Shown: positions 19,848-30,709 of the stretch, one piece after another
Layout of the letters: the number at the start of each line of letters is the position of its first letter
How positions within the stretch are numbered: the first letter of the stretch is position 1
From: Pseudomonadota bacterium
Lineage (GTDB): Bacteria > Pseudomonadota > Alphaproteobacteria > Rhizobiales > Rhizobiaceae
Direction: 5' to 3'
Length of the DNA: 37,494 bases
NCBI GenBank assembly: GCA_039208305.1
Contig: JBCCRF010000001.1
Span: 1-37,494, forward strand
Notes under the pieces: generated by a model
What the model was told of the DNA's origin: nothing
The model's input: only the letters and a program-made list of their open reading frames with translations
Database searches by the model: none
Made by a program: the position numbers and the translations under genes

Positions 19848-20248
19848 AACCGCTGAAAACCTCCGCCGCTGAAATGGTGGCCGCCGCCCGCGCTGCTATC
19901 GAAGAGGTGGAAACTGTCGACGCGATCGGATTAGTCGATGACGACAATATCGTCTTCGTCGATCTGCGCGATGTGCGGGAGCGGCAGCGCTCCGGCTTCA
20001 TCCCCGGCTCATTCCATTGCCCGCGCGGCATGGTGGAATTCTGGGTTGATCCCGACAGCCCCTATCACAAGCCGATCTTCGCCGAAGACAAGCGCTTTAT
20101 CTTCCACTGCGCCTCCGGCTGGCGCTCTGCGCTGACCGTGAAGACACTGAACGCGATGGGCTTCGATGCGGCCCATCTGAAGGACGGCTTTTCGACATGG
20201 GAAGAGGCTGGTGGACCAGTGGAACGGGTTCCTGCGAAGGAGAGTTAG
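19844..20248 (+). CDS. Rhodanese-like domain protein
   Basis: VDLRDVRE..G.IPG, HCASGWRS active-site loop, HLKDGFSTW; ATGA overlap with glpD. Confidence 0.9.
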   Translation: MKPLKTSAAEMVAAARAAIEEVETVDAIGLVDDDNIVFVDLRDVRERQRSGFIPGSFHCPRGMVEFWVDPDSPYHKPIFAEDKRFIFHCASGWRSALTVKTLNAMGFDAAHLKDGFSTWEEAGGPVERVPAKES

Positions 20249-21081
20249 GTCTTTTTCGTGTCGTCCACGATGTTCATGGACGCGACGCCACTGTTGCCCA
20301 ATTCAACCGACGCGAAGGGACCGCCGTGGCACATGTGGCCGGGGTCTTGCGGCTCCATGGGCGGCTCGTTGGCGAGCACTTCTTCAGCAAATTGCTCCGC
20401 ATTGTCCTTCGGGCGGTAGCCGAGGAAACTGGCCTGCGCATTGTCCACCGGGGCGCGGTCATTGTTTGAGACACCGTAGATGACGGAGAATCCGGTCACC
20501 GGCGTTTCGATACACCGGGTTACCAACTGGATGAGGTCGTCATAGGACAACCACGAGCCGAGCGCGCGGGCATTGTTCACCTGCGCGCATGACAGAATGC
20601 GCATGTGGACGCTCTCCAGCCCGCGCTTGTCCCAATACATGGAGCCCAGATCTTCCGCGAAACATTTGGCGAGGCCGTAGAAAGTGTCCGGTCGATGGGC
20701 GACCCTCGTGTCGATGAACTCGTTCTTTGGATACATGCCCACCGCATGGATGGAAGAGGCATAGACCACCCGGCGCAGGCCCTGCCGGTGGGCCGCTTCC
20801 CAGATGTTATAAGCGCCGACAAAATTCGGGCCGAGCAAGTCTTCAAAAGGCGCTTCGTCCGCAATGGCACCGAAATGCACCACCATGTCCGCCCCTTCCA
20901 GCACGGCCATCATGTCGTCCAGCGAGGCAAGGTCGCCCTTCACGTAACGCTCGCCCTCGTAGAGCTTCCCGATATCATCAACGATGTCGGTGGAGATCAA
21001 CTCGTCGGCCAGTCTCGTCAGCGGCTCGCGCAGGTAGGAGCCGAGGCGGCCGGCGGCGCCGGTGAGGACGATACGTTTCAT
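20245..21081 (-). CDS. NAD(P)-dependent oxidoreductase, uronate dehydrogenase-like
   Basis: LTGAAGRLG, YASSIHAVG, RPDTFYGLAK, WLSYDD, YGVSNN. Confidence 0.85.
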   Translation of the reverse strand: MKRIVLTGAAGRLGSYLREPLTRLADELISTDIVDDIGKLYEGERYVKGDLASLDDMMAVLEGADMVVHFGAIADEAPFEDLLGPNFVGAYNIWEAAHRQGLRRVVYASSIHAVGMYPKNEFIDTRVAHRPDTFYGLAKCFAEDLGSMYWDKRGLESVHMRILSCAQVNNARALGSWLSYDDLIQLVTRCIETPVTGFSVIYGVSNNDRAPVDNAQASFLGYRPKDNAEQFAEEVLANEPPMEPQDPGHMCHGGPFASVELGNSGVASMNIVDDTKKT

Positions 21082-22313
21082 CAGATGACTGCCTTTTCGA
21101 TGATGGGCCGGTTCGCGATGATCCGATCATAGTGGAACGGCGTCAGGTCCAGCGAGCGATATTCACCATGGGTAATCCACTCCGCCGTGCCGCGTCCCAT
21201 AGCGGGTGACTGCTGCAGACCGTGGCCGGAAAACCCGTTGAGGAAGATGAAGTTCGCAGTCTGCGGGTGTGGTCCGGTGATTGCGTTCTGATCCAGCGTG
21301 TTCATGGCGTAATGGCCCACCCATTCCGCCTGCACTTTGATGGCCTCGAATTGCGGAATACGCGTTGCCAGCACGGGCCAGACATGGCTCTCCCAGATCT
21401 CGTGATCCATGGCGAAATCATCATAAGCCACTGCCGGATCGATATCGCTATGCGCGCCGCACTGATAGGTGCCGCCGCCGTTCTCACGAACATGCACGCC
21501 CGACGGATCGATGGTCAGCGGAAGATCGCGGTCCAGCGGCTTGTCGGCCTTGAAGACCCAGGAGAAGCGCTTACGCGGTTCGACCGGCACATCGATGCCT
21601 GCCATCTTTGCCGTACGCGCTGCGCGCGGGCCGGAAGCGTTGACCACCTGACCGCAGGCGATCACTTCCCCGGATGAAAGCGTGATGCTCTCGATCGCTG
21701 TGTCGTTTGCGTTCTTGGTCATGGCGACCACTTCGCCGCTGATATATTCCACGCCGCGTTCCCGCGATTGCCGCCGCCACCAGTCGAACACCGTCGCGCC
21801 ATCCCAGTAGCCTTCGTCCACCAGATTGATGGAGCCCAGCAGAACATCATCGACATTGTAGAACGGATAAGCCGCCCTGATCTCATCTGCGCTCATCAGC
21901 TGCGTTGCAGCACCAGCTGCCCGTTGCACGGTCTGATTAGCCCGCAGGACGTCGGCAAAAGCTTCGTTATCGGCGAGATACATGTAGCCAAAGGAGTGGA
22001 TGGCGAGCTCCGGCACCCGCTCGTCACCACCCATATGGGCGCGAATGTTCTTCACAAAATCGGCAGCAAACTGGGAAATGCGCACGTTCAGTTCGGTTGA
22101 GAACTGCTGGCGCATGCAGGAATTGGTATGCGTGGTGGACGCAAACGCATAGGTCGGGTCGCGCTCTACGACGAGGACGCTGCCGTCGAAATCGGGATTA
22201 TCGGTCAGAAACCACGCGGTGGAAGCGCCCATGATGCCTCCACCGATAATCACCACGTCATAGGACGTGCGGTCAGGCGTTGCGGCTGTGGCAGCTGTTG
22301 TTCGGCTCGTCAT
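21081..22313 (-). CDS. FAD-binding oxidoreductase (DAO/sarcosine oxidase/FOXRED1-like)
   Basis: DVVIIGGGIMG, RQQFS, NGFSGHGLQQSPAMG. Confidence 0.88.
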   Translation of the reverse strand: MTSRTTAATAATPDRTSYDVVIIGGGIMGASTAWFLTDNPDFDGSVLVVERDPTYAFASTTHTNSCMRQQFSTELNVRISQFAADFVKNIRAHMGGDERVPELAIHSFGYMYLADNEAFADVLRANQTVQRAAGAATQLMSADEIRAAYPFYNVDDVLLGSINLVDEGYWDGATVFDWWRRQSRERGVEYISGEVVAMTKNANDTAIESITLSSGEVIACGQVVNASGPRAARTAKMAGIDVPVEPRKRFSWVFKADKPLDRDLPLTIDPSGVHVRENGGGTYQCGAHSDIDPAVAYDDFAMDHEIWESHVWPVLATRIPQFEAIKVQAEWVGHYAMNTLDQNAITGPHPQTANFIFLNGFSGHGLQQSPAMGRGTAEWITHGEYRSLDLTPFHYDRIIANRPIIEKAVI

Positions 22314-22358
22314 CGCGTCGGTTCACCGGCCTCCCCATCGATACGAACAGTGCCATCA

Positions 22359-24404
22359 TCAATGGCTGGCGCAAGCGGATTCTGGTACGATTTGCGCCAC
22401 GCGTTCACGCTCCGCTTCCGCAGCGATCGCATGACCGTCGAAGCCGGGGATCAGGGCCCTTGTTGCAGACGCATCCAGCGGGCGTCCGTACAGGTAACCC
22501 TGAAACTGATCGCAATGGAGCGCGGCGAGCGTTTCAGCCTGGGCCAAGGTTTCGACCCCTTCGGCGATGACCTCCAGATCGAGGCTTTTCGCCAGGCTGA
22601 TGCAAGCGCGCACAACAGTTGACAGCCGCTCATCAGTGTCGAGCCCAGCAACGAAGGAGCGGTCGATCTTCAACCGGTCGAATGGGAACGCAGCGAGCGT
22701 TGTGAGCGACGAGAAGCCGGTGCCAAAATCGTCAATGGCGAGCGATACCCCAAGGTCCTTCAGGCTACGCAACACGAACAGCGCCTTGTCGAAATCATCG
22801 ATCAGAACGGTCTCGGTGACCTCCAGTTCCAGCCGCGTCGGCGGCAGACCGGTTTCCAACAAAATGGAGTGCACAATGCGGGCAAAACCAGGATCGGCAA
22901 TCTGCGCTGCAGAAATGTTGACACAAAGCATCAGATCATCGGGCCAGGACGCCGCCTCCCGGCACGCCTTACGCAGCACGGCATGGCCGATCCGGTCGAT
23001 GAAACCGTTTTCCTCCGCCAGCGTGATGAACTCGAAAGGCGGTACATGGCCACGTGTCGCATCGTGCCAGCGGGCCAGCACTTCGAACCCGCGCAGTGTG
23101 CCGCTACGGGCGCAGACTTGCGGCTGGAAATGGGCATCGATCGCATCCGCCTCGACAGCATCTTTCAGCGCAACCAGAAGCTTGCGGCGATAGCGCGTCT
23201 GCTGGTCAATCTCGGAATTGTAGCGCAGGAATGGCACGCGGCCATTGGCCTTGGAGCGGAACATGGCAGTGTCCGCATTGGATAGAATATCTCCGACATT
23301 GCTGCCGTGTTCAGGGTAGTCCGCGAGCCCGATACTGGCGGTCATCACAACCGGACGTCCATCGATGTGGTAAGGTTCGGAAAACGCATCGATCAACCGT
23401 TCGATCAGCGCTTCGCCGTGGTCTTCGCTTTCCGAAACGACGACGAATTCATCACCACCCATGCGCCCAAGATAATCTTTGTCGGTGCAGCAGCGATTCA
23501 TACGGTGGGAGTATTCCTGCAACAGATGGTCGCCAGCCTGATGGCCGTGCACGTCATTGATCTCTTTGAATCGGTCGATATCGATTACGACGGCTGTAAA
23601 TGTCGAACGGCCCACATCCGCTTTTGCCACCGCATGTTCCAGCCGGTTGGTCAGCGCGGCCCGATTGGGCAGCCCTGTCAGGCTGCAATGCATCGCCATG
23701 TGATCGGCGCGCTCCACCGCCCGCTCCCGCTCTTCCAGCGCAAGGGCATGCGCACTGACATCGTGCATGGTGACAACCATGCGGCCATCGTTCAGTCGGG
23801 TCACGGCCGTATCACAGACCTTCCCATCGATCTTGCGCGGCAATCGATCTTCAAGCGCTGATCGCATCAGTCCAGTGATCGCGGTATCGCGCCCACCGTC
23901 AGCATCGTGGCGCAATGCGAGTTCTTCGAAGCGGGTGTTCCAGATCACGGGGTTGGCATCGCTATCCGCCACACAGATCGCAGCCGACACGCTGTCCACC
24001 ACCGATGATAGCAGGGCCTGCCGACGCCGATTGGCGATGGCGTAGCGGATCGTGCGGTCCAGCAATGAGGGCGACAGCTCGACTTTGGAGATGAAGTCAG
24101 ATGCCCCGGCCTCCAGCGCCAGCCGGTCGGCTTCATTGTCAGCCATGCCGGTCAGAAGGATGGTGGGCAGATCGTAGCCGTGGTTCGGCAGATCGGCGAT
24201 GAATTGCGTTCCGGTTTCCGCGCCGAGACGGTAGTCGCAGATCACGAGGTCGATCGATTGTTCAGCAAGACACTGCAGCGCTTCCGACACCGTACTGCAA
24301 CTGTGATGCACATAGGTCGTGCCAACGACATCGTCCAACGTGTCCACCACCAGGAACACATCGTCTGGATCATCGTCCAGTATCAGTATCTCGATCACTG
24401 CCAT
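22359..24404 (-). CDS. REC-GGDEF-EAL c-di-GMP cyclase/phosphodiesterase
   Basis: REC (ILDDDPDD..CDYRL), LTGLPNR, GGDEF, EVL, DDFGTGFSSL, KIDRSF, EGVET, QGY. Confidence 0.93.
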   Translation of the reverse strand: MAVIEILILDDDPDDVFLVVDTLDDVVGTTYVHHSCSTVSEALQCLAEQSIDLVICDYRLGAETGTQFIADLPNHGYDLPTILLTGMADNEADRLALEAGASDFISKVELSPSLLDRTIRYAIANRRRQALLSSVVDSVSAAICVADSDANPVIWNTRFEELALRHDADGGRDTAITGLMRSALEDRLPRKIDGKVCDTAVTRLNDGRMVVTMHDVSAHALALEERERAVERADHMAMHCSLTGLPNRAALTNRLEHAVAKADVGRSTFTAVVIDIDRFKEINDVHGHQAGDHLLQEYSHRMNRCCTDKDYLGRMGGDEFVVVSESEDHGEALIERLIDAFSEPYHIDGRPVVMTASIGLADYPEHGSNVGDILSNADTAMFRSKANGRVPFLRYNSEIDQQTRYRRKLLVALKDAVEADAIDAHFQPQVCARSGTLRGFEVLARWHDATRGHVPPFEFITLAEENGFIDRIGHAVLRKACREAASWPDDLMLCVNISAAQIADPGFARIVHSILLETGLPPTRLELEVTETVLIDDFDKALFVLRSLKDLGVSLAIDDFGTGFSSLTTLAAFPFDRLKIDRSFVAGLDTDERLSTVVRACISLAKSLDLEVIAEGVETLAQAETLAALHCDQFQGYLYGRPLDASATRALIPGFDGHAIAAEAERERVAQIVPESACASH

Positions 24405-24493
24405 TGTCTGTTCCCTCCGCCCTGGGAAAACTGTGCGCCCTGTCGATAGTCCGCCCTGCCCCCTGCGGACGGCCTCTCAACAACGGGCAGCAA

Positions 24494-24943
24494 TCAGGCC
24501 ACTTCAGGAAGCGCCACGATCTCGATCCAGTAGCGGTTCAGAACCTGAACCACCTGCACGAGACCATCGAAGGTCACAGGTTTCGTGATGAAGGAATTCA
24601 CGCCCAGATCGTAGGTGCGCAGAATGTCTTCCTCGGCCTGCGATGTGGTGAGCACGACGATGGGGATGCGTTTCAGAACGGGGTCCTTTCGGATTTCCTC
24701 CAGCGCGGTGCGCCCGTCCATGCGCGGCATGTTGAGATCGAGCAGGATGATGCCCGGCATGGGATATTTGTCCGCATCGCCATAGGCGCCTTCATGGCGC
24801 AGATATTCCAGCAGCTCGATACCGTCCTTCACGAAATTGACCGGGTTTTTCAGCATGGCCTCTTCAAAGGCTTCCGCGATCATCAACCGGTCATCGGCAT
24901 CATCATCTGCAACAAGAATGGAGATAGGTGTGGAACGGGACAT
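24494..24943 (-). CDS. Single-domain response regulator (Rcp1-like)
   Basis: VADDDADD, LLDLNMPRMDG, VLTTS, NSFITKP. Confidence 0.93.
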   Translation of the reverse strand: MSRSTPISILVADDDADDRLMIAEAFEEAMLKNPVNFVKDGIELLEYLRHEGAYGDADKYPMPGIILLDLNMPRMDGRTALEEIRKDPVLKRIPIVVLTTSQAEEDILRTYDLGVNSFITKPVTFDGLVQVVQVLNRYWIEIVALPEVA

Positions 24944-24946
24944 GGA

Positions 24947-26953
24947 TCAGTCCTCCTCGTTCGGCTGTGTGAGCGGCAGGGTCACGGTGAAGGTCGCGCC
25001 TTCGCCCGGTACGCCCTGCGCTGAAATGGTTCCGTTGTGGCGCTCGACGATCTTGCGGCAGGTGGACAGGCCGATGCCCGTGCCTGCGTATTCCGAGCGC
25101 CCGTGCAGACGCTGGAAGATCGTGAAAATCTGTTCGGCAAACCGGTTCTCGAAGCCGATGCCATTGTCGCTGAAGACGAGTTGACAGGTTCGAAGGGGAA
25201 GGCCGTTGTCATCCGTTCCGGTGTCGTGGGAGGCCGATAGGGAAATGGTCGGCGTGACATCCTCGCGGACGAACTTCATGGCGTTGCTGATCAGGTTCTG
25301 CATCAACTGCCGCATTTGGGTCGGGTCGCCCTCGATGGTGGGCAGGTCAACAATCTCGATGCAGGCTCCCGTTTCCTCGATGCGCACTTGAAGATCGCTA
25401 ACGACGCCCTGTGCGATCTGCGTCAGATCGACAGCTTCCAGTTTCCGCTCCTTTGACGACACGCGGGAGAAGGACAGCAGATCGTTGATGAGCTGGCGCA
25501 TCCGCCCCGCCGCATCGTTGATGCGGTCGAGATAGTGCTGCCCGCCTTCCGGCAGTTGATCACCATGCTTCTTGAGCAGCCGGTCGCCGAAGGCCTCAAT
25601 CTTGCGCAGCGGCTCCTGTAGATCGTGCGAGGCGATATAGGCAAAATTCTGCAACTCGGCGTTGGAGCGTTCCAGCAATCTGTTGCTGCGCTCCAGCGCG
25701 GCGCTCGCCTTCAACTGCTGAGTAATATCGGTGACGAGCAGGATGGAACCGCCCTGATCCATCGGTGTCATGCGCAGCGACACAATGCGCCCGTCCGCCA
25801 TGTGGTAGCGGAAGTCGCCGGCCTCACTAAACTCCAGGCTGCGTTGGTAGCTGTCATCGTTGTCGTGCTTGTGGGCCTTGTCGAACAGACCCATCTCGTC
25901 TGCGGCTTGGATCAGAATGTGGCGCGGCACGCCGGGCTTCACCAATTCCTTTGGGAAGCCGAACAGTTTGCGATAAGCGGTGTTGGCGGCGATCATGCAG
26001 CTGTCGGCGTCGAACATGATGATGCCGGTGTCCATGGCCTCCAGCGATGCCCGCATCTGGCGGGTGCGCAGTTTCAGCGCGGAATCGCTTGCAGTCGCGC
26101 GCGCTTCCTGCACCTTCACTTCCGTTACATCGGTGAGCGTAAAGATCGTGCTTTTGTCGGACAGTTGGCGCGCGGCAAAACGAATGAACCGCCCATCCTT
26201 CAACTGGTCGAGGGTCGGCTCACCCGGGTTCATCCGTTCGCGGGTGGCGAAGTCGACGAATTCTTCCTCGTTGAAATGATCAAGCTGCACCGCTCCTGAC
26301 CGGAAGACGGCGCGGATGATATCCTCATGATGCATGCCCACGCGGATCTTTGAGGCCACATGAGGCGTCATTTCCAGATAGCGCTGGTTGAAGGCGACCA
26401 GCGTTCCATCGGGGTCAAAGACCGCGAACCCGTCCGGCAGGTTTTCAAGCGCCGCTGTCAGTTTGCGCTGGCTGATGCCGCTGGTGCCGTGGGAGCCTGA
26501 AAACCCATCGGTTGCCTGCGGCTTTTCCCGTGTGGGCATTTCGATGGTTTCAACCACCATACCGTTGGGACGCGTGTCACGGGTGATGCGGGCGAATTCG
26601 CCAACGCCGGTATCGAAGTCTATCCGATCGGTGGTCTGTGAGGCGAGGCGCGCCAGATCGGTCGCGATGATGGCTGCGATCGTTTGTTCGGGAACGGATC
26701 TGTTGGACAGGGTCGCGACGATGATATCGCGCAAGGATGTGCCGGGCACCGCCTGCTCATCGCGCAGATTGCGATACTGCCGATAGGCGGCGTTGGAGGA
26801 GATCAGCAACAGGTTCTCGTCGAAAACCCCAACGCCGATGTCAGAGTTCTGGAACATGCTGGTGACGGCATGGGCCTGTTCCGCGCATCGCGTGTGAGCG
26901 CCTAGCGTGTCATTTCGTTCAGCCAACATATGGCGTAACTCTCTCGTCGTCAT
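24947..26953 (-). CDS. Soluble multi-PAS sensor histidine kinase
   Basis: Three PAS-like repeats; H-box YIASHDLQEPLRKI; N-box NLISNAMKF; DNGIG, FQRLH, GTGIGL; no TM segments seen. Confidence 0.92.
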   Translation of the reverse strand: MTTRELRHMLAERNDTLGAHTRCAEQAHAVTSMFQNSDIGVGVFDENLLLISSNAAYRQYRNLRDEQAVPGTSLRDIIVATLSNRSVPEQTIAAIIATDLARLASQTTDRIDFDTGVGEFARITRDTRPNGMVVETIEMPTREKPQATDGFSGSHGTSGISQRKLTAALENLPDGFAVFDPDGTLVAFNQRYLEMTPHVASKIRVGMHHEDIIRAVFRSGAVQLDHFNEEEFVDFATRERMNPGEPTLDQLKDGRFIRFAARQLSDKSTIFTLTDVTEVKVQEARATASDSALKLRTRQMRASLEAMDTGIIMFDADSCMIAANTAYRKLFGFPKELVKPGVPRHILIQAADEMGLFDKAHKHDNDDSYQRSLEFSEAGDFRYHMADGRIVSLRMTPMDQGGSILLVTDITQQLKASAALERSNRLLERSNAELQNFAYIASHDLQEPLRKIEAFGDRLLKKHGDQLPEGGQHYLDRINDAAGRMRQLINDLLSFSRVSSKERKLEAVDLTQIAQGVVSDLQVRIEETGACIEIVDLPTIEGDPTQMRQLMQNLISNAMKFVREDVTPTISLSASHDTGTDDNGLPLRTCQLVFSDNGIGFENRFAEQIFTIFQRLHGRSEYAGTGIGLSTCRKIVERHNGTISAQGVPGEGATFTVTLPLTQPNEED

Positions 26954-27074
26954 CGCGCGGCAGATTAATTAGCCATGCTGAACAAAGGGTTCACGAATAT
27001 CCATGCGCCTGCGACTGCCCAGAGGCGAGACATCGGTCAGGTCAGGCGTGGCGGTAGAGCGCAGGTCGAGCTAC

Positions 27075-27119
27075 TTGCAAACCATTCGCAACAGGCTCAA
27101 TGTTGCAAATCGTTCGCAA
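27075..27119 (+). promoter_or_regulatory. Two tandem Mur/Fur-type operator sites upstream of sitA
   Basis: TTGCAAACCATTCGCAA (27075-91) and TTGCAAATCGTTCGCAA (27103-19): TTGC-N9-GCAA palindromes resembling the rhizobial Mur box. Confidence 0.8.
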
Positions 27120-27136
27120 CAAGAGGTTACCTCCCC

Positions 27137-28057
27137 ATGTCCATGACTTCGATTTTCGCTTCAGTGACACGGTGTGTCGCCGTCTGCCTTTTGATTGCAG
27201 CGGGCAGTGGCGCAGCGACGGTCGCCAGCGCCGCTGACAGGATGAAGGTCGTGACCACCTTCACCGTCATCGCCGACATGGCGCAGAACGTGGCGGGCGA
27301 GGCGGCAGACGTCGTGTCCGTCACCAAACCGGGAGCTGAAATTCACGGCTACTCCCCGACGCCCGGCGATCTGGTGCGCGCCTCGGATGCTGACCTCATC
27401 CTGTGGAACGGGCTTAATCTAGAACTGTGGTTCGAGCAGTTTCTCGCCAATCTGGGTGATATCCCGTCCGTCACGGTGAGCGAAGGCATCGCGCCCATCG
27501 CCATCGCGGATGGGGCTTATGAGGGTAAGACAAACCCCCACGCCTGGATCGGTCCGGAGGCCGCGCTCGTCTATGTCGACAATATCCGAGATGCGTTCGC
27601 GAAACAGGATCCGGACAATGCCGAGATCTACGCGGCCAATGCCGAGGCCTATAAGGCGAAAATCACTGCAACCATCGCGCCGTTGCGCAATCGCATTGCA
27701 GCCATCCCGGAGGAACAGCGCTGGCTGGTCACCTGCGAGGGCGCCTTCAGCTACCTCGCGCGTGATTTTGGCCTGAAGGAACTCTATCTCTGGCCGATGA
27801 ACGCCGACGCCGTGGGCACGCCACAGCAGGTGCGGCGGGTGATCGATGCGGTGAAGGACAACACCATTCCCGTCGTCTTCTGCGAAAGCACGGTAAACAC
27901 CGATCCTGCCGAACAGGTGGCACGGGAGACCGGCGCGCGATACGGCGGCGTGCTCTACGTGGATTCGCTGAGCGAGGCCGACGGACCTGTGCCCACGTTC
28001 CTCGATCTTTTGCGCGTCACCGCAACGACCGTCGCTGAAGGTCTGGCCGCACGGTGA
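27137..28057 (+). CDS. sitA: Mn/Fe ABC transporter substrate-binding protein
   Basis: [44 protein letters not shown]; signal peptide; GAGGT upstream. Confidence 0.92.
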   Translation: MSMTSIFASVTRCVAVCLLIAAGSGAATVASAADRMKVVTTFTVIADMAQNVAGEAADVVSVTKPGAEIHGYSPTPGDLVRASDADLILWNGLNLELWFEQFLANLGDIPSVTVSEGIAPIAIADGAYEGKTNPHAWIGPEAALVYVDNIRDAFAKQDPDNAEIYAANAEAYKAKITATIAPLRNRIAAIPEEQRWLVTCEGAFSYLARDFGLKELYLWPMNADAVGTPQQVRRVIDAVKDNTIPVVFCESTVNTDPAEQVARETGARYGGVLYVDSLSEADGPVPTFLDLLRVTATTVAEGLAAR

Positions 28058-28917
28058 GCGCGACGTCAGGCATCGAGGCGACCGGCGTCACGGTCACCTA
28101 CCGCAACGGCCACACAGCGTTGCGCGATGCGAGCTTCGCGATTCCCCGCGGCACCATCACTGCTCTGGTGGGTGTGAACGGCGCCGGCAAGTCGACGCTG
28201 TTCAAGGCCATCATGGGGTTTGTCCCTGCCGCCTCCGGAGAAATCCGGTTGCTGGGAAAGACTGTACGCGAGGCGTTGCGCGACAATCTCGTCGCTTACG
28301 TTCCCCAAGCCGAAGAGGTCGACTGGGCCTTTCCAGTGCTGGTGGAAGACGTGGTGATGATGGGTCGCTACGGCCACATGGGTTTTCTGCGTCGTGCCTC
28401 CTCCAAAGACCATGCTGCCGTGGACGATGCGCTGGCACGGGTCGGCATGAGCGACTTTCGCGAACGGCAGATTGGCGAACTGTCGGGCGGTCAGCGCAAA
28501 CGGGTGTTTCTCGCGCGCGCGCTTGCTCAGGAGGGGCAGGTGATCCTGCTGGACGAGCCATTTACCGGCGTTGATGTGAAAACCGAAGACCAGATCATCG
28601 CGCTTCTGAGCGAGTTGCGCGACGAGGGGCGCGTCATGCTGGTTGCCACCCATAATCTCGGGTCCGTGCCGGAATTCTGCGACCGCACTATCCTCGTCAA
28701 AGGCACCGTCATCGCCCATGGCGCTACGGAAGAGACCTTCACCCACGACAATCTCGAGCTCGCCTTTGGCGGCGTGCTGCGCCATTTTACCCTCGGCGGT
28801 GCGGAATTGCATGACGATGATGACGCCCGCGAATTGCGCATCATCACCGATGATGAGCGCCCCTTCGTCGTCTATGGCGAGCAAGACGGGGCGGCGGACG
28901 GCGAGGAGAGGCGGTGA
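28054..28917 (+). CDS. sitB: Mn/Fe ABC transporter ATP-binding protein
   Basis: [27 protein letters not shown]; GTGA overlap. Confidence 0.93.
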   Translation: MSATSGIEATGVTVTYRNGHTALRDASFAIPRGTITALVGVNGAGKSTLFKAIMGFVPAASGEIRLLGKTVREALRDNLVAYVPQAEEVDWAFPVLVEDVVMMGRYGHMGFLRRASSKDHAAVDDALARVGMSDFRERQIGELSGGQRKRVFLARALAQEGQVILLDEPFTGVDVKTEDQIIALLSELRDEGRVMLVATHNLGSVPEFCDRTILVKGTVIAHGATEETFTHDNLELAFGGVLRHFTLGGAELHDDDDARELRIITDDERPFVVYGEQDGAADGEERR

Positions 28918-29780
28918 GCGTCGTGCTGGAGCCCTTCGGCTACGCCTACATGATCAACGCCATGTGGGTGTCGGCGCTGGTAGGTGCGGTCTGCGCCTTT
29001 CTTTCGGCCTATCTGATGCTCAAGGGCTGGTCGCTCATCGGCGACGCGCTGGCCCATTCGGTGGTGCCGGGGGTGGCCGGTGCCTATCTGCTCGGCTTGC
29101 CATTTGCCTTCGGCGCATTTCTGGCAGGTGGTCTCGCGGCCGGCGCCATGCTGTTTCTCACCGGCCGCTCCGGTCTGAAGGTCGATGTCATCATCGGTAT
29201 CATCTTCACGTCCTTTTTCGGCCTTGGCCTGTTCATGGTGTCGATCAATCCCACGTCGGTCTCTGTGCAGACCATCACCATGGGCAACATCCTGGCCATC
29301 ACGCCTTCGGACACGTTGCAGCTGGTCATCATCGCGACCGTCTCGCTGGCAATCCTGATCGCGAAATGGAAGGACATGTTGGTTGCGTTTTTTGATGAGA
29401 ACCACGCCCGCTCCATCGGCCTGCGCCCCGATATCTTGAAAGCCGTCTTCTTCGTGTTGCTGTCAGCCTGCGTGGTCGCAGCGATGCAGACGGTGGGGGC
29501 ATTTCTTGTCGTCGCCATGGTGGTGACGCCGGGCGCGACAGCCTATTTGCTCTGCGACCGGTTTCCGCTTCTGCTGATGGTGTCCGTTGCTATGGGAGCG
29601 GCGACCAGTTTCACCGGCGCCTATATCAGCTTCTTTCTCGACGGCGCGACGGGTGGCATCATCGTGCTGCTGCAGATGTCGATCTTCCTCCTCGCCTTCA
29701 TTTTCGCCCCCAAGCACGGGTTGCTGGCGGCCAAAGCCAAGGCGCGCGCGGCGCTGCCTCGACAGGGAGACGCAGCGTGA
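28914..29780 (+). CDS. sitC: Mn/Fe ABC transporter permease
   Basis: [18 protein letters not shown]; hydrophobic; operon position. Confidence 0.9.
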   Translation: MSVVLEPFGYAYMINAMWVSALVGAVCAFLSAYLMLKGWSLIGDALAHSVVPGVAGAYLLGLPFAFGAFLAGGLAAGAMLFLTGRSGLKVDVIIGIIFTSFFGLGLFMVSINPTSVSVQTITMGNILAITPSDTLQLVIIATVSLAILIAKWKDMLVAFFDENHARSIGLRPDILKAVFFVLLSACVVAAMQTVGAFLVVAMVVTPGATAYLLCDRFPLLLMVSVAMGAATSFTGAYISFFLDGATGGIIVLLQMSIFLLAFIFAPKHGLLAAKAKARAALPRQGDAA

Positions 29781-30616
29781 GCTTGGATGCGTGGCTGCTG
29801 CCCTTCCAGTTTCCGTTCATGCAAAAGGCGTTTCTGATTGCGGTTCTCATCGCGCCGCCGACGGCGCTTCTGTCCTGCTATCTCGTTCTGAAAGGCTGGG
29901 CGTTGATGGGGGATGCTGTCAGCCATGCCATCCTGCCCGGCGTGGTCATCGCCTATATCCTCAATATCCCCCTTCTGATTGGAGCTTTCGTCGCGGGCAT
30001 GACCTGCGCCCTGCTGACCGGGTATCTCGCCACCAACAGCCGGGTGAAGGAGGACACGGTGATGGGGGTCGTCTTCTCCGGCATGTTCGCACTCGGCATC
30101 GTGCTCTTCGTCGCCTTTCCTTCGAACGCCCATCTCGACCACATCCTGTTCGGCAACATGCTGGGTGTCTCGGGTGCTGACTTATGGACGGCGGGCATTA
30201 TCGGCGCAGGGGTGTGCGCGGTGCTGTTGCTGAAGTGGCGCGACTTCCTGCTCCACGCCTTCGATCCTGCGCAGGCACAAACCTCCGGCTTGCACACGAA
30301 CTGGCTCCACTACGGGCTGCTCGCCATCCTGTCGCTCACCATCGTCGCGACCCTGTCGGCGGTGGGCCTCATCCTCGCCATCGCACTTTTGGTGACGCCG
30401 GGCGCCATCGCATTCCTGACAGTGCGCAGTTTCGGGTGGATGCTCGTGGTGGCCGTCGCGGTTTGCTTGGTGTCGATGCTCACCGGCATCTATGCGAGCT
30501 TCTTCCTTGATGCCGCGCCTGCCCCCACCATCGTGCTCGTTCTCACAGCTCTCTTCATAGCCGCCTTCATCCGCCGCAGCCGGTTGACCCGAAGAGCGTC
30601 GAAGCAAGCGGCCTGA
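29777..30616 (+). CDS. sitD: Mn/Fe ABC transporter permease
   Basis: LKGWALMGDAVSHAILPG, HLDHILFGN. Confidence 0.9.
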   Translation: MSLDAWLLPFQFPFMQKAFLIAVLIAPPTALLSCYLVLKGWALMGDAVSHAILPGVVIAYILNIPLLIGAFVAGMTCALLTGYLATNSRVKEDTVMGVVFSGMFALGIVLFVAFPSNAHLDHILFGNMLGVSGADLWTAGIIGAGVCAVLLLKWRDFLLHAFDPAQAQTSGLHTNWLHYGLLAILSLTIVATLSAVGLILAIALLVTPGAIAFLTVRSFGWMLVVAVAVCLVSMLTGIYASFFLDAAPAPTIVLVLTALFIAAFIRRSRLTRRASKQAA

Positions 30617-30709
30617 AGAGAGCGTGGGGCGTTGATTTGGAGTGCAGCTGGTAGGTGCTAAGTCTGCGCACATAGACCGTGAAACAACACCTGACCCGAA
30701 GGGCAGCCC

